From assembly GCA_963676795.2 (NCBI GenBank), contig CAXXTB010000002.1, positions 544,001 through 608,000 on the forward strand: DNA of 64,000 bases, read 5' to 3'. The position numbers and the translations under genes were made by a program. This DNA comes from Geopsychrobacteraceae bacterium (GTDB lineage: Bacteria; Desulfobacterota; Desulfuromonadia; Desulfuromonadales; Geopsychrobacteraceae). Below, in pieces: positions 50,252 through 59,663 of the stretch; position 1 is the first letter of the stretch; each line of letters opens with the position of its first letter. The notes beneath the pieces are model-generated. The model was not told the DNA's origin and did no database searches. It worked only from the letters and a program-made list of their open reading frames with translations.

Positions 50252-53245
50252 ATGTCATTTGATGCATCCCGTTGGACCCGCTTCCCTGTAAATGATAGTG
50301 CCGTGTGGCTCTGTTCTGACCGGCCGACCTGGTTTGTGCCGACAGCTGCCGGTGACCAGTTGCTGCTGGAATCCCCCTCAACCGATTATGACCGTCAGGC
50401 CTTTCTTGAACGCCTGCCCGATCCACTGGCCGACAGTTACCAGGGGCGGCAGACTCTGGCCGAAGGCCCGCTGGATCTGAAGGAACTCTGGCTGCATATC
50501 ACTGACCGCTGCAACCTGAGCTGCAGCCATTGTCTGTTCTGTTCCGGTCCGGATCAGGCCAGGGAACTGTCCTTCGAGATTCTGCAAAGGCATATTCAGG
50601 AGGCCGCCGACATGGGCTGCCGGATGTTTGCCCTGACCGGCGGTGAGCCGCTGGTCCATCCGCAATTCAAACAGATTATCGCAACCTTGCTGGCCATCCC
50701 CGGCAGCAGAGTTGCGATTCTGACCAATGGCCTGCTTCTCTCCAGGCACCTGGATGAAAGCTGGCCGCGGGAGCGCATCCATCTGCAGGTCAGCCTTGAT
50801 GGCCGACAGGAACATCATGATGCCATTCGCGGTGCCGGAAACTTCGAGCGCCTTGACCAGCAGCTCGACTGGCTGCGCCGGAATCGCTGGCCGTTTACTT
50901 TGAGCTGCTGTGCGACTGCGGACAGCGCGGATGATCTGCCCTGGCTGGTCGATTATGCCGCCGACAAGGGCGCGACCGCCGTCCATCTGATGTGGCATTT
51001 CATCCGCGGGCGGGGGAGTGCTGAGCAGCACATCGATCCGCTTGCGCTGCTGGAACCGCTGCTCTCTGCCCAGACGACAGCCGAACGGCGCGGTATCACC
51101 ATCGACAATATCGACAGCCTGAAAGGGCAGATCTTTTCACCGCCGGGGACCATTCATGACGGTTCAGGCGCAGGCTGGGAAACCGCAGCGATCGGGCCGG
51201 ATAACCTGCTCTACCCGTCGGCGGCAACCATCGGTTTTGAAGAACTGGCCACGTCGCTTGAGACCGGGCTGCACCAGGTCTGGCAGGAAAGCCCGGTTTT
51301 CGAGGCGATCCGTCAGACCAGTGTCGTCCAGCTCAATGATCCCTGGCGCTATCTGCTCGGCGGCGGCGATTTCGATCACAGCTGGCACCATCTGCGCAGC
51401 TTTATGGGCAACGATCCCTATCAGCCGCTCTTTGAACAGCTCGCCCTGCGGCTCATTCATCAGGCGGCGACCCGGCTGGCCGAGCAAGATACCCCGGGGC
51501 TGCGGCTCAAGATGGGAGAACTGCTGATCAGCTGCGGCAGTCACGGCCCGGTCAATCTCTGTCATACCAACTGTCTGCTCTCCCTGCCCGATGCCATGGA
51601 CAGCCGTGAACAGGTCGGCAGCTATTACGCCGACGCGGTCGGGGACAAGCGGCTGGAGATTCTCAACCCGGTCCATTACGATGAACAGATGATGGCCCAT
51701 ATCCCGGCGGCCTATCGCTTTCGTGGCTATGGCTGCGGTAGCCCGGTGCTCGATGCAGAGCTTAAGCCGGGCGAGAAGATGGTCGATCTCGGCTGTGGCA
51801 GTGGGGTCGAATGTTTTATCGCCGCGCGGCTGGTCGGTAGCAAGGGGCAGATCACCGGTGTCGATATGCTCGAGCCGATGCTCGAGGTGGCCCGCAAGGG
51901 GGCTGAGGATGTCCGTCAGGGGCTCGGCTATGACAACCTCGCTTTTGTCAAAGGCTACCTTGAAGAGCTGCCTCTCGAGGATGCGGGGCAGGATCTGGTG
52001 GTGTCCAACTGCGTTCTTAATCTGTCGACCGACAAGCGCCTGACCTTTGCCGAGATCCTGCGCATTCTGCGCCCCGGAGGGCGGCTGGTCGCCGCCGATA
52101 TTGTCTGTGAAACGGAACCGGATGCGGCCATCCTCAATGACGAAATCCTCCGCGATGAATGTATCAGCGGGGCTATGACCCAGAAGGATCTGCTCGGCAT
52201 TCTCGATGAGACCGGTTTCACCGGTTTCCGGGTGATCAAGCGGCTGCCTTACCGAGAAGTGCAGGGGCACCGTTTCTTTTCGCTGACCTTTTGCGTTTTT
52301 AAGCCGGACGCCCAGGAGAAGACCGTTTCCGTTCTCTATCCGGGGCCGGCGGCGTCTCTGATCTCTGCCTCGGGGATCAGGCTGCGCAGCGGTCAGACTG
52401 TCGAGATCCCGAAGGCCGATGCCGAACTGCTCGGTGAGCAGGTCTGGCAACTCGATGAGTTCGGTTTTGTCACCAATGTTGTCATTGAAGCGGGAGCCAA
52501 TTGCGCGTTGCCGCCGGAGTCACGCCCCTCAACGGTTAGCGCTCCGGCTGCCAGCCGTCAGCAGAGCGGCTGCATGGTCTGTGGTGCTGCGCTGGTTTAC
52601 CGGACGGTTGAGGAAAGACAGAATTGTCACTACTGCGGCTGTGAACTGAGCAGCAATGCCTGCTGTGAGCAGGGGCACTTTGTTTGTGACAGCTGCCACA
52701 CCGGCGATACCCTGGAGCTGATCGAACACCTCTGCCAGTCTTCAACAACCACTGACGCCATCGCCCTGTTCAGCAGTATCCGCCAGCACCCGACCATGCC
52801 GATCCACGGGCCGCAGTATCACGCGCTGGTACCGGGGGTGCTGCTCGCCTGCCTGCGCAATGCCGGGCACCCGGTGACAGACGAGCAGCTGCATGCCGCG
52901 ATCGGCCGTGGCGGGGATATTAACGGTGGCAGCTGCGGTTTCTGGGGGGTCTGTGGTGCGGCCATCGGTATCGGTATCGGCTTCAGCGTGCTGCTCGAAG
53001 CCACCCCGGTCAAGGCCGATGAACGCCAGACGGCGCAGCGGATTGTCCATCAGGTTCTTGATGAGATTGCCAGCTATCAGGCCGCCCGCTGCTGCCAGCG
53101 CGATTGCTGGATCGCCCTGCGTACCGGCATGCGTTTCGCCGCCGAGCGCTGGAATCTGGAGATCGAAAAGATCGAACCCTTCGCCTGCACACAGATGGCG
53201 CGGAACCAGGAGTGCCTGGGGATGGAGTGTCCGCTCTGGCCTTGA
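50252..53245 (+). CDS. Radical SAM / ArsM-like methyltransferase / DUF5714-like multidomain protein
   Basis: CNLSCSHC, LTGGEP; YGCGSP, VDLGCGSG, SNCVLNL, ECISGA; Cys-rich ribbon; GSCGFWGVCGAA..RCCQR. Confidence 0.85.
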   Translation: MSFDASRWTRFPVNDSAVWLCSDRPTWFVPTAAGDQLLLESPSTDYDRQAFLERLPDPLADSYQGRQTLAEGPLDLKELWLHITDRCNLSCSHCLFCSGPDQARELSFEILQRHIQEAADMGCRMFALTGGEPLVHPQFKQIIATLLAIPGSRVAILTNGLLLSRHLDESWPRERIHLQVSLDGRQEHHDAIRGAGNFERLDQQLDWLRRNRWPFTLSCCATADSADDLPWLVDYAADKGATAVHLMWHFIRGRGSAEQHIDPLALLEPLLSAQTTAERRGITIDNIDSLKGQIFSPPGTIHDGSGAGWETAAIGPDNLLYPSAATIGFEELATSLETGLHQVWQESPVFEAIRQTSVVQLNDPWRYLLGGGDFDHSWHHLRSFMGNDPYQPLFEQLALRLIHQAATRLAEQDTPGLRLKMGELLISCGSHGPVNLCHTNCLLSLPDAMDSREQVGSYYADAVGDKRLEILNPVHYDEQMMAHIPAAYRFRGYGCGSPVLDAELKPGEKMVDLGCGSGVECFIAARLVGSKGQITGVDMLEPMLEVARKGAEDVRQGLGYDNLAFVKGYLEELPLEDAGQDLVVSNCVLNLSTDKRLTFAEILRILRPGGRLVAADIVCETEPDAAILNDEILRDECISGAMTQKDLLGILDETGFTGFRVIKRLPYREVQGHRFFSLTFCVFKPDAQEKTVSVLYPGPAASLISASGIRLRSGQTVEIPKADAELLGEQVWQLDEFGFVTNVVIEAGANCALPPESRPSTVSAPAASRQQSGCMVCGAALVYRTVEERQNCHYCGCELSSNACCEQGHFVCDSCHTGDTLELIEHLCQSSTTTDAIALFSSIRQHPTMPIHGPQYHALVPGVLLACLRNAGHPVTDEQLHAAIGRGGDINGGSCGFWGVCGAAIGIGIGFSVLLEATPVKADERQTAQRIVHQVLDEIASYQAARCCQRDCWIALRTGMRFAAERWNLEIEKIEPFACTQMARNQECLGMECPLWP

Positions 53246-53313
53246 GCGAGGATACGCAAAGCCCGACAGGTTCAGAGGAGGCTGTATTGCATATTGAATC
53301 AAAGTTCACAACC

Positions 53314-53528
53314 GGCGGGGCTCGTCCCGCCAGACGAGGCACTTTTCTGCTGCAGGTCAGAAAAGTACCCAAAAGACCCCGCCCCAATGTCCCCGTCTGC
53401 CTGCGGCAGATTCCTTGCGCTAAGCAATCCGTCGCCGCGCCCGCATAACTCGGGGTTTGCAACCCCTCAGACAAATGCGGTCGTATACCGGCGTCTGATC
53501 GCTCCGCTTCAGCGGAGCCAAAGGGAAC
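53314..53528 (+). repeat. Repeat family A-related structured element, copy 4
   Basis: GGCGGGGCTCGTCCCGCC hairpin, ACTTTTCTG..CAGAAAAGT stem, AACTCGGGG..CCCCTCAGACA. Confidence 0.6.
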
Positions 53529-53564
53529 AAGATCGGCAAATCGCAAACCAAGCGGATGGCAAAT

Positions 53565-53885
53565 TCAATCAGCCGAAAATTCCCAGAGATAACTCTTCAA
53601 ATCAATTTTCTCAGAACGAAACACAACTCCCTCACTGACGAGAAGATCCTTCTGCAGCAGATTTCCGTTGCCATCTGTGCGCGGGCTGACTCTGCCCTGG
53701 CTGTTGATGACCCGCTGCCAGGGGACATCGCTGCCGTAGGGAAGGGCGGCCATGGCAAAGCCGACGACCCTGGGCGTCGTATTGGCAATTGCAGCGATAC
53801 GTCCATAGGTACTGACCCGGCCTCTGGGGATCTGCCGGGTCAGCTGGTAGATGCGTTGGTAGAGTGGAGAGTCGTCCTCAGGCAT
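53565..53885 (-). CDS. Alkyltransferase-like (ATL/MGMT family) protein
   Basis: IPRGRVSTYG; PWQRV has Trp in place of the catalytic Cys. Confidence 0.88.
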   Translation of the reverse strand: MPEDDSPLYQRIYQLTRQIPRGRVSTYGRIAAIANTTPRVVGFAMAALPYGSDVPWQRVINSQGRVSPRTDGNGNLLQKDLLVSEGVVFRSEKIDLKSYLWEFSAD

Positions 53886-54690
53886 GCGACATCAGCACCG
53901 GCAGGGTCATGTATTTGAGCAGGTGACGGCCGGTATCGCCCAGAGTCAGGTTGCCGCGCCGATGCTGACGGGTTGCGCCCATGACCAGCAGCTCCGCGCC
54001 GCTGTCGGCGCAGCGGTTGAGCAGCAGGTCACCGACGCTTAAGCCCCCGCAATTGCGTTTCTCACAGGCGATCGGCAGATTGTAGCGGGCCATGTGCTGG
54101 CAGATGTCGGACTGGTGTTTTTCGAAATACTCATCCCCCTCTTTCCCCTGAATGGTGATGACACTGATCTCGTCCGCTTTTTCAAGGACAGGCATAGCGT
54201 CGTGCAAGGCCCGGGCCGATTCCGGACCGCCCCGCCAGGCGTGAATGATCTTTTTGAAGTTGCCCGGATACTCACCCGCATAGGGGACGATCAGGACCGG
54301 GCGGCCGGAGCCGAGCACGGCATATTCCGGCAGATTTCCGGGAATCGACTGGTCTGCTGCTTCTTCGTCGGTCTGGCTGATGACCAGCAGATCGCGATAG
54401 TGGGCATGCAGATTGATCGCCTGGACAATATCGAGCCCGGATGCATAGGTGTCGACGGAAATCCAGCTGGTTTCGAGTCCCGTTTCCTTCGTCGCCTGTT
54501 CAAACTGCTCCCTGGCCTGGTTCTCGAGGACGTGAACTTCACGCATGTTCCCCAGGTAATGCGGGCGCGGCACAGCATAGATGCCGGTCAGAAGTGACTG
54601 CTGCTGTCTGGCCAGATCGATAGCAACAGCCAGGCGGGAAGCGCAGGTTGGACGGTTGTCGATATGTACCAGAATGTCCTTGAAGTTCAT
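53878..54690 (-). CDS. Universal stress protein
   Basis: FKDILVHID, GRPVLIVP, LLVMGA, PVLMSH. Confidence 0.88.
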   Translation of the reverse strand: MNFKDILVHIDNRPTCASRLAVAIDLARQQQSLLTGIYAVPRPHYLGNMREVHVLENQAREQFEQATKETGLETSWISVDTYASGLDIVQAINLHAHYRDLLVISQTDEEAADQSIPGNLPEYAVLGSGRPVLIVPYAGEYPGNFKKIIHAWRGGPESARALHDAMPVLEKADEISVITIQGKEGDEYFEKHQSDICQHMARYNLPIACEKRNCGGLSVGDLLLNRCADSGAELLVMGATRQHRRGNLTLGDTGRHLLKYMTLPVLMSHA

Positions 54691-54723
54691 CGCTTGCTCC
54701 TTTGCGGTTATGAAATGTTGGTT

Positions 54724-54846
54724 CCCTTCTCCCTGAGTACCCAAAGGGCATAAAGGAGAAGGTGCCCCTTGGGGCGGATGAGGGGAGGTTCGCTGTGATT
54801 CCCCTCACCCGTCGCTTCGCGCCACCCTCTCCCCGAAGGAGAGGGG
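54724..54846. repeat. Palindromic repeat family B, copy 2
   Basis: CCCTTCTCCC..GGAGAAGGTGCCCC..GGATGAGGGG / CCCCTCACCCGTCG..CACCCTCTCCCC..GGAGAGGGG. Confidence 0.85.
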
Positions 54847-54853
54847 AAGCCTA

Positions 54854-55573
54854 TTAGTTTTTCTTCCCCAGATAGGCTTCCTGGATCTTTTCCGAGTTCA
54901 GCAGCTCCTCCGCCGTTCCTGACATGGAAATCCTGCCGAGATCGAGGACGTAACCGCGATCGGCAAGTTTGAGCGCCGCCTTGGCGTTCTGTTCGACCAG
55001 CAGTACGGTCACCCCCTGTTTGGCGATTTCCTTGATCTGCTCGAAGATCGCCTTGACCAGGATCGGCGCGATACCCAGGGATGGTTCATCGAGCAGGACC
55101 ATTTCGGGGTTGCTCATCAGCGCCCTGCCGATGGCCAGCATCTGTTGTTCGCCGCCGGAGAGTGTTCCTGCCAGCTGTTTGCGCCGTTCCGCCAGGCGCG
55201 GAAACAGATCGTAGACCCACTGCAGAGTCTTTTTATCGATCGAGCTGCGGGTGAAGGCACCCAGGGTCAGGTTCTCTTCAACGGTCAGGATGCCGAACAC
55301 CCGGCGTCCTTCAGGGGAGTGACTGATCCCCAGCTTGACGATCTTGTGGGCCGGCATCTGGGTCAGCTCGTGCCCCTTGAAGCGGATAGAGCCCGCTTTG
55401 GCTTTGAGCAGCTGGCTGATGGTGCGCATGGTCGTGGTCTTGCCGGCGCCGTTGGCACCTAAGATGGTAACAATCTCGCCCTTGCGTACGTCGAGCGAAA
55501 TCCCCTTAAGGGCAGCGATGCTGCCGTAGGAGACTTCCAGGTCTTTTATTTCAAACAGAATCTCATCACTCAT
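54854..55573 (-). CDS. livF: LIV-type ABC ATP-binding protein
   Basis: GANGAGKTT, LSGGEQQMLAIGRAL. Confidence 0.92.
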   Translation of the reverse strand: MSDEILFEIKDLEVSYGSIAALKGISLDVRKGEIVTILGANGAGKTTTMRTISQLLKAKAGSIRFKGHELTQMPAHKIVKLGISHSPEGRRVFGILTVEENLTLGAFTRSSIDKKTLQWVYDLFPRLAERRKQLAGTLSGGEQQMLAIGRALMSNPEMVLLDEPSLGIAPILVKAIFEQIKEIAKQGVTVLLVEQNAKAALKLADRGYVLDLGRISMSGTAEELLNSEKIQEAYLGKKN

Positions 55574-56339
55574 CATCATCACTTCCCAGGTAGGCTTCGA
55601 TAACGGCAGGGTTCTGCTGAATCTCCTGCGGCGTACCGTCGGCGATCTTGCGGCCGAAGTTGATACAGGTGAGGTAGTCGGTGACTTCCATGACCATGTC
55701 CATGTCGTGTTCGATCAGCAGCACGGTTGTTCCCTTGTCGCGGATCTTGTAGATGATGTCGCGCAGCTCGATGGTTTCGGCGTCGTTGAGACCTGCGGCA
55801 GGTTCGTCGAGGATCAGCAGCCTGGGGTCGACCGCCATCGCCCGGGCCATCTCGACGCGGCGCTGAACACCGTAGGAGAGTGAGCCGGCCGGGGTTGCCG
55901 CATGCTGGCCAAGGCCGAAGAATTCCAGCTGCTCCTCCACCTTCAGCCAGTTCTCCTTTTCGTCGCGGCGCGAGATCGGGGTCGGGAGGATCCCGTGCCA
56001 GAGCTTCTGCCTGCTGCGGATGTGGCGGCCGCTCATGATGTTTTCCGCGACCGACATCTGGCCGAACAGACGGATGGTCTGGAAGGTGCGAACCACACCG
56101 CGGTCGACAATCTGATAGGGGGTCATGCCGCGGATCTCTTCACCGCACCAGTTGACCGAACCTTCCTCCGATTTGTAGATACCGGTGATGCAGTTGAAGA
56201 CGGTGGTCTTACCGGCCCCGTTGGGACCGATGATCCCGTAGATCTGCCCCTGCCTGACAGTGAAAGACAGGTCATCGACCGCTGTCAGGCCGCCGAAGCG
56301 CTTGGTGACATTATTGAGGATCAGAGTGTTTTCAGCCAT
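55566..56339 (-). CDS. livG: LIV-type ABC ATP-binding protein
   Basis: GPNGAGKTT, LDEPAAG, IEHDM, EAYLG. Confidence 0.92.
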   Translation of the reverse strand: MAENTLILNNVTKRFGGLTAVDDLSFTVRQGQIYGIIGPNGAGKTTVFNCITGIYKSEEGSVNWCGEEIRGMTPYQIVDRGVVRTFQTIRLFGQMSVAENIMSGRHIRSRQKLWHGILPTPISRRDEKENWLKVEEQLEFFGLGQHAATPAGSLSYGVQRRVEMARAMAVDPRLLILDEPAAGLNDAETIELRDIIYKIRDKGTTVLLIEHDMDMVMEVTDYLTCINFGRKIADGTPQEIQQNPAVIEAYLGSDDDE

Positions 56340-57285
56340 GATTCGATTCCTTGATCAGAAACTTGGGAATTTTGCCGAACCTGGCCGGCCAGATCCCGCG
56401 CGGGCGCAGAATCATGGCCAGAATCATGGCAAAACCAAAGATGAAGTAGCGCCAGGTGGCAAACTCACGGAAGATCTCCGGCAGGACGAACATGATGAAG
56501 ACGCCGAGCATGACCCCGGGAATCGATGAGCCGCCGACCAGGACGATGCTGAAGAACAGCACCGACTGCATGAAGTTGAAGGCTTCCGGGCTGACCGCTG
56601 AGTACTGGGTGGCGTAGACGGTTCCCGCGAGTCCGGCGATGCCGGCTCCGAGAGCGAAGGCGTAGACCTTGTAGATCCGCGTGTTGATGCCGATGCTTTC
56701 GGCTGCCAGCTGGTCTTCACGCAGATAGTGCAGGGCACGTCCCGGTTTGCTCCGTTCCAGATTGCGCATGACGGCGAATGTGACCAGCAGGACGATCAGG
56801 GCGAAATAATAGACACTGATCTGGCTGGTCAGCTGATGGCCGAAGAGCGACAGTGAATCGAGGCCGAAGATGCCGTTCGGGCCGCCGGTGACACCGCCCA
56901 GGTTGTTTTCCAGGATCTGGACAAAGACGATGTTGAAACCGATGGTCGTGACCAGCAGATAATCGCCGCGCAGGTGGACGATCGGTCCGGCGAGGATGAC
57001 GCCGAAGATCGCCGGAATGATGATTGCCGCCGGGATGGTTGCCAGCAGCGGCCAGCCGAACTGGGAGTTGAGAATCGCCGTGATGTAGGCGCCCATGCCG
57101 AAGAACAGCGCCTGCCCCATGTTGAACATGCCGGCCTTGCCAAGGACCACATCCTGCGACAGGGCGACGACGGAGAAGACCAGGAAGGTGATGGCCACCG
57201 CCTGCCAGCGCGAGTTGAGCGCCCAGGGGAGGATCGCCATGACAATGATAAAGATCAATGGTGCGAATCGATTTAAATTTTTCAT
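56332..57285 (-). CDS. livM: LIV-type ABC permease
   Basis: LRGDYL, TGGPNGI motifs. Confidence 0.88.
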   Translation of the reverse strand: MKNLNRFAPLIFIIVMAILPWALNSRWQAVAITFLVFSVVALSQDVVLGKAGMFNMGQALFFGMGAYITAILNSQFGWPLLATIPAAIIIPAIFGVILAGPIVHLRGDYLLVTTIGFNIVFVQILENNLGGVTGGPNGIFGLDSLSLFGHQLTSQISVYYFALIVLLVTFAVMRNLERSKPGRALHYLREDQLAAESIGINTRIYKVYAFALGAGIAGLAGTVYATQYSAVSPEAFNFMQSVLFFSIVLVGGSSIPGVMLGVFIMFVLPEIFREFATWRYFIFGFAMILAMILRPRGIWPARFGKIPKFLIKESNHG

Positions 57286-58181
57286 CAGACCTTCTCCGCG
57301 ACGCGTTCACCGAGCAGGCCGGTCGGGCGAACGATCAGAATGGCAATCAGCAGGATAAAGGTGAAGGCGTCGGCCCAGGTGCTGGAGACGTAGCCGGAGA
57401 TAAAGGCGTTGAACAGCCCGAGCAGCATGCCGCCGAGCATCGCTCCGGGGATATTGCCGATGCCGCCGATAATGGCGGCGATGAAGGCATAGAGGCCGTA
57501 TTGCCAGCCCATGTTGAAGGTGATGCCGCGATAGTAGAGGCCGATGAACAGGCCGCCGACCGCGCCCAGGGAAGAGCCGATGATGAAGATCAGGGCGATG
57601 ATGCTGCCTACGTTGATCCCCATCAGCCGGGCGGCGTCCTGGTCGATGGAGCTGGCGCGGATCGCCGCGCCGATGCGGGTCTTCTCGATGAACAGGTAGA
57701 GGGCGAGCATCAGCAGCAGCGAAAGGATCAGGATGATCGCCTGGATCAGGCTGATGACCACGCCGCCGAAGTCCCAGTAGACCTGTGGTACCAGCTCGGG
57801 GAAGATGCGCATCTGCGGTCCCCAGATCAGCATGATACCGTTCTGGATGACCAGACTGGCACCCAGCGCCGATACCACGGCCGACAGGCGCGGAGCCGTC
57901 CGTAGCGGGCGGTAAGCGACCCGTTCAAGGACCACGCCGACGACTGCCATGGCGACCGCTGCCAGCAGGAAGATGCCGATGACAGCAGGCAGTGAGGTTG
58001 CCTGGCCCATGACCTGGGTATAGATCGTCAGGCCGACGAATGCGGAAGCCGCGACCATATCGCCATGAGCGAAGTTGATCAGCTTCATGACGCCGTAGAC
58101 CATTGTGTAGCCGAGAGCGACCAGGGCGAACATACTGCCGATGGTCAGGCCGTTGGCCAACTGTTGCAGAAAAATATCCAT
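57285..58181 (-). CDS. livH: LIV-type ABC permease
   Basis: ALGYTMVYGVMKLINFAHG. Confidence 0.92.
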   Translation of the reverse strand: MDIFLQQLANGLTIGSMFALVALGYTMVYGVMKLINFAHGDMVAASAFVGLTIYTQVMGQATSLPAVIGIFLLAAVAMAVVGVVLERVAYRPLRTAPRLSAVVSALGASLVIQNGIMLIWGPQMRIFPELVPQVYWDFGGVVISLIQAIILILSLLLMLALYLFIEKTRIGAAIRASSIDQDAARLMGINVGSIIALIFIIGSSLGAVGGLFIGLYYRGITFNMGWQYGLYAFIAAIIGGIGNIPGAMLGGMLLGLFNAFISGYVSSTWADAFTFILLIAILIVRPTGLLGERVAEKV

Positions 58182-58370
58182 GGAACTCTATCTCTCCTCA
58201 AATTCGTGCCGGATGGCACAGACATGTCAGATCACCACGCAAAAGCCAAAAGAGGAACCCGTCGTTCCTCCCTTCGCCTTTGAAGGGTAATACCTGTATT
58301 CGGTAATAACAGAGGCGGGCCGCTTACGCTGTGCCCGCCTCCGTGTTTTTTGTCGTGTGGGGCGGGCTCT

Positions 58371-59504
58371 TTACTGCGCGTGAACGACTTTGTATTTGCC
58401 TTCGGCGTCGATGACGAAGGTCATGTAGCTGCTGCCGATCCGGTTGCCGTCCTTGGCGAACTGCAGCGGGCCGGTGATACCAGGGAAGGGCTCCGTCATG
58501 CTCATCAGGTAGTCGGCAGCCTTCTTGGTATCGAAGCTGTTATTTTCTTCCATCGCATGAATGATGACGCGCATGCCGTCAGCATTCATCAGGGTCCAGA
58601 TCGATGGCGGCATCATGTTGTACTTGGCCTGATAGTCAGCCAGGAAGTTCTTGGCGACATCGTAGGGGAGCAGGTCCGGAGTCGGAACGTTGATCAGGTA
58701 TGCCCCTTCAGCTGCGGAGCCGGCCAGTTTGATGAAGTCGGGGTTGTCGTTGGAGTCGCCACCGACAAAGTCAGCCTTGATGCCGAGCGCTTTCTGCTGG
58801 GCACGCAGCTGGCCGCCGTCAGGATAATAGCCGGAGTAGAAGATGACATCCGGGTTCTTCGACTTGATCTTGGTCAGGATCGGGGTGAAGTTCTGGGAGC
58901 CGGCCTTGATTTTGTCGCGGACGATAACATTGCCGCCGGCCTTCTTGATCGACTGTTCGACAGCGGTGCCCAGGCCGTCGGAGTAGCTGGAGAAGTCGGA
59001 GAGAACGACGATCCGCTTGTAGCCCTTGACGTTGACCAGGTAGTCTGCAGCGAAGTCTGCTTCTGCGCTGTTCGGGAAGGAGTTGCGCAGGAATGTCCAG
59101 TAGCCGTGTTCGGTCAAACTGTCTGCAGTGCCGTCCGAGGTCTGCAGCACTCCGGCGTTGAAGTAGGTCTTCTGGGCCGCTTCAGCGCAGGTTGAGGTGT
59201 AGGAGCCGATAACCATGGAAACACCTTTGTTGACCAGGTCTTTGGCACAGATTGCGGCGGCCATGGCGGTGCCCTGGTCGTCACAGGTGATGACTTCGAT
59301 CTGCTTGCCCATGACGCCGCCTTTGGCGTTGATCTGCTCGGCCAGCAGGCGGACAGAGTTATCGATCCCCTGACCTTCATTGGCATAGTCGCCGGTGATC
59401 GGCGCCTGAACCCCGACCTTCAGGGTGTCGGCGGCCATGGCCGGAGCGGCAAGCAGGGCAATAGCGCAGCAAGCCATCACAATTTTTCCGAATCTTTTTT
59501 TCAT
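58371..59504 (-). CDS. livK: LIV-type substrate-binding protein (possibly proline)
   Basis: Signal peptide; GVQAPITG..INAKGG; sits downstream of the proline catabolic genes. Confidence 0.85.
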   Translation of the reverse strand: MKKRFGKIVMACCAIALLAAPAMAADTLKVGVQAPITGDYANEGQGIDNSVRLLAEQINAKGGVMGKQIEVITCDDQGTAMAAAICAKDLVNKGVSMVIGSYTSTCAEAAQKTYFNAGVLQTSDGTADSLTEHGYWTFLRNSFPNSAEADFAADYLVNVKGYKRIVVLSDFSSYSDGLGTAVEQSIKKAGGNVIVRDKIKAGSQNFTPILTKIKSKNPDVIFYSGYYPDGGQLRAQQKALGIKADFVGGDSNDNPDFIKLAGSAAEGAYLINVPTPDLLPYDVAKNFLADYQAKYNMMPPSIWTLMNADGMRVIIHAMEENNSFDTKKAADYLMSMTEPFPGITGPLQFAKDGNRIGSSYMTFVIDAEGKYKVVHAQ

Positions 59505-59663
59505 CTGTACCTCCGTAAATGGAATTAGGGTAAAGCGCGTGCAATAAATTATCCCTGATATTCGTGTCCGTTGAGGCCCGGATCGCTCCTCCGAGCTTCA
59601 TGGACCATCTGCAAGATTACAATTAAAGTACAGTCGTTACAACCGGTTGCAAAAATATGTTGG

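Noticed and set aside
47226..53245. Selenocysteine (TGA) readthrough in the rhodanese/radical SAM cluster
   Set aside because: All ORFs are open with Cys codons at the candidate sites; terminal TGAs fall at natural domain ends
53246..53290. GATACGCAAAGCCC as a c-di-GMP/cGAMP (GEMM-I) riboswitch
   Set aside because: Lacks the P1/GAAA-tetraloop arrangement and lies between convergent 3' ends, not in a leader
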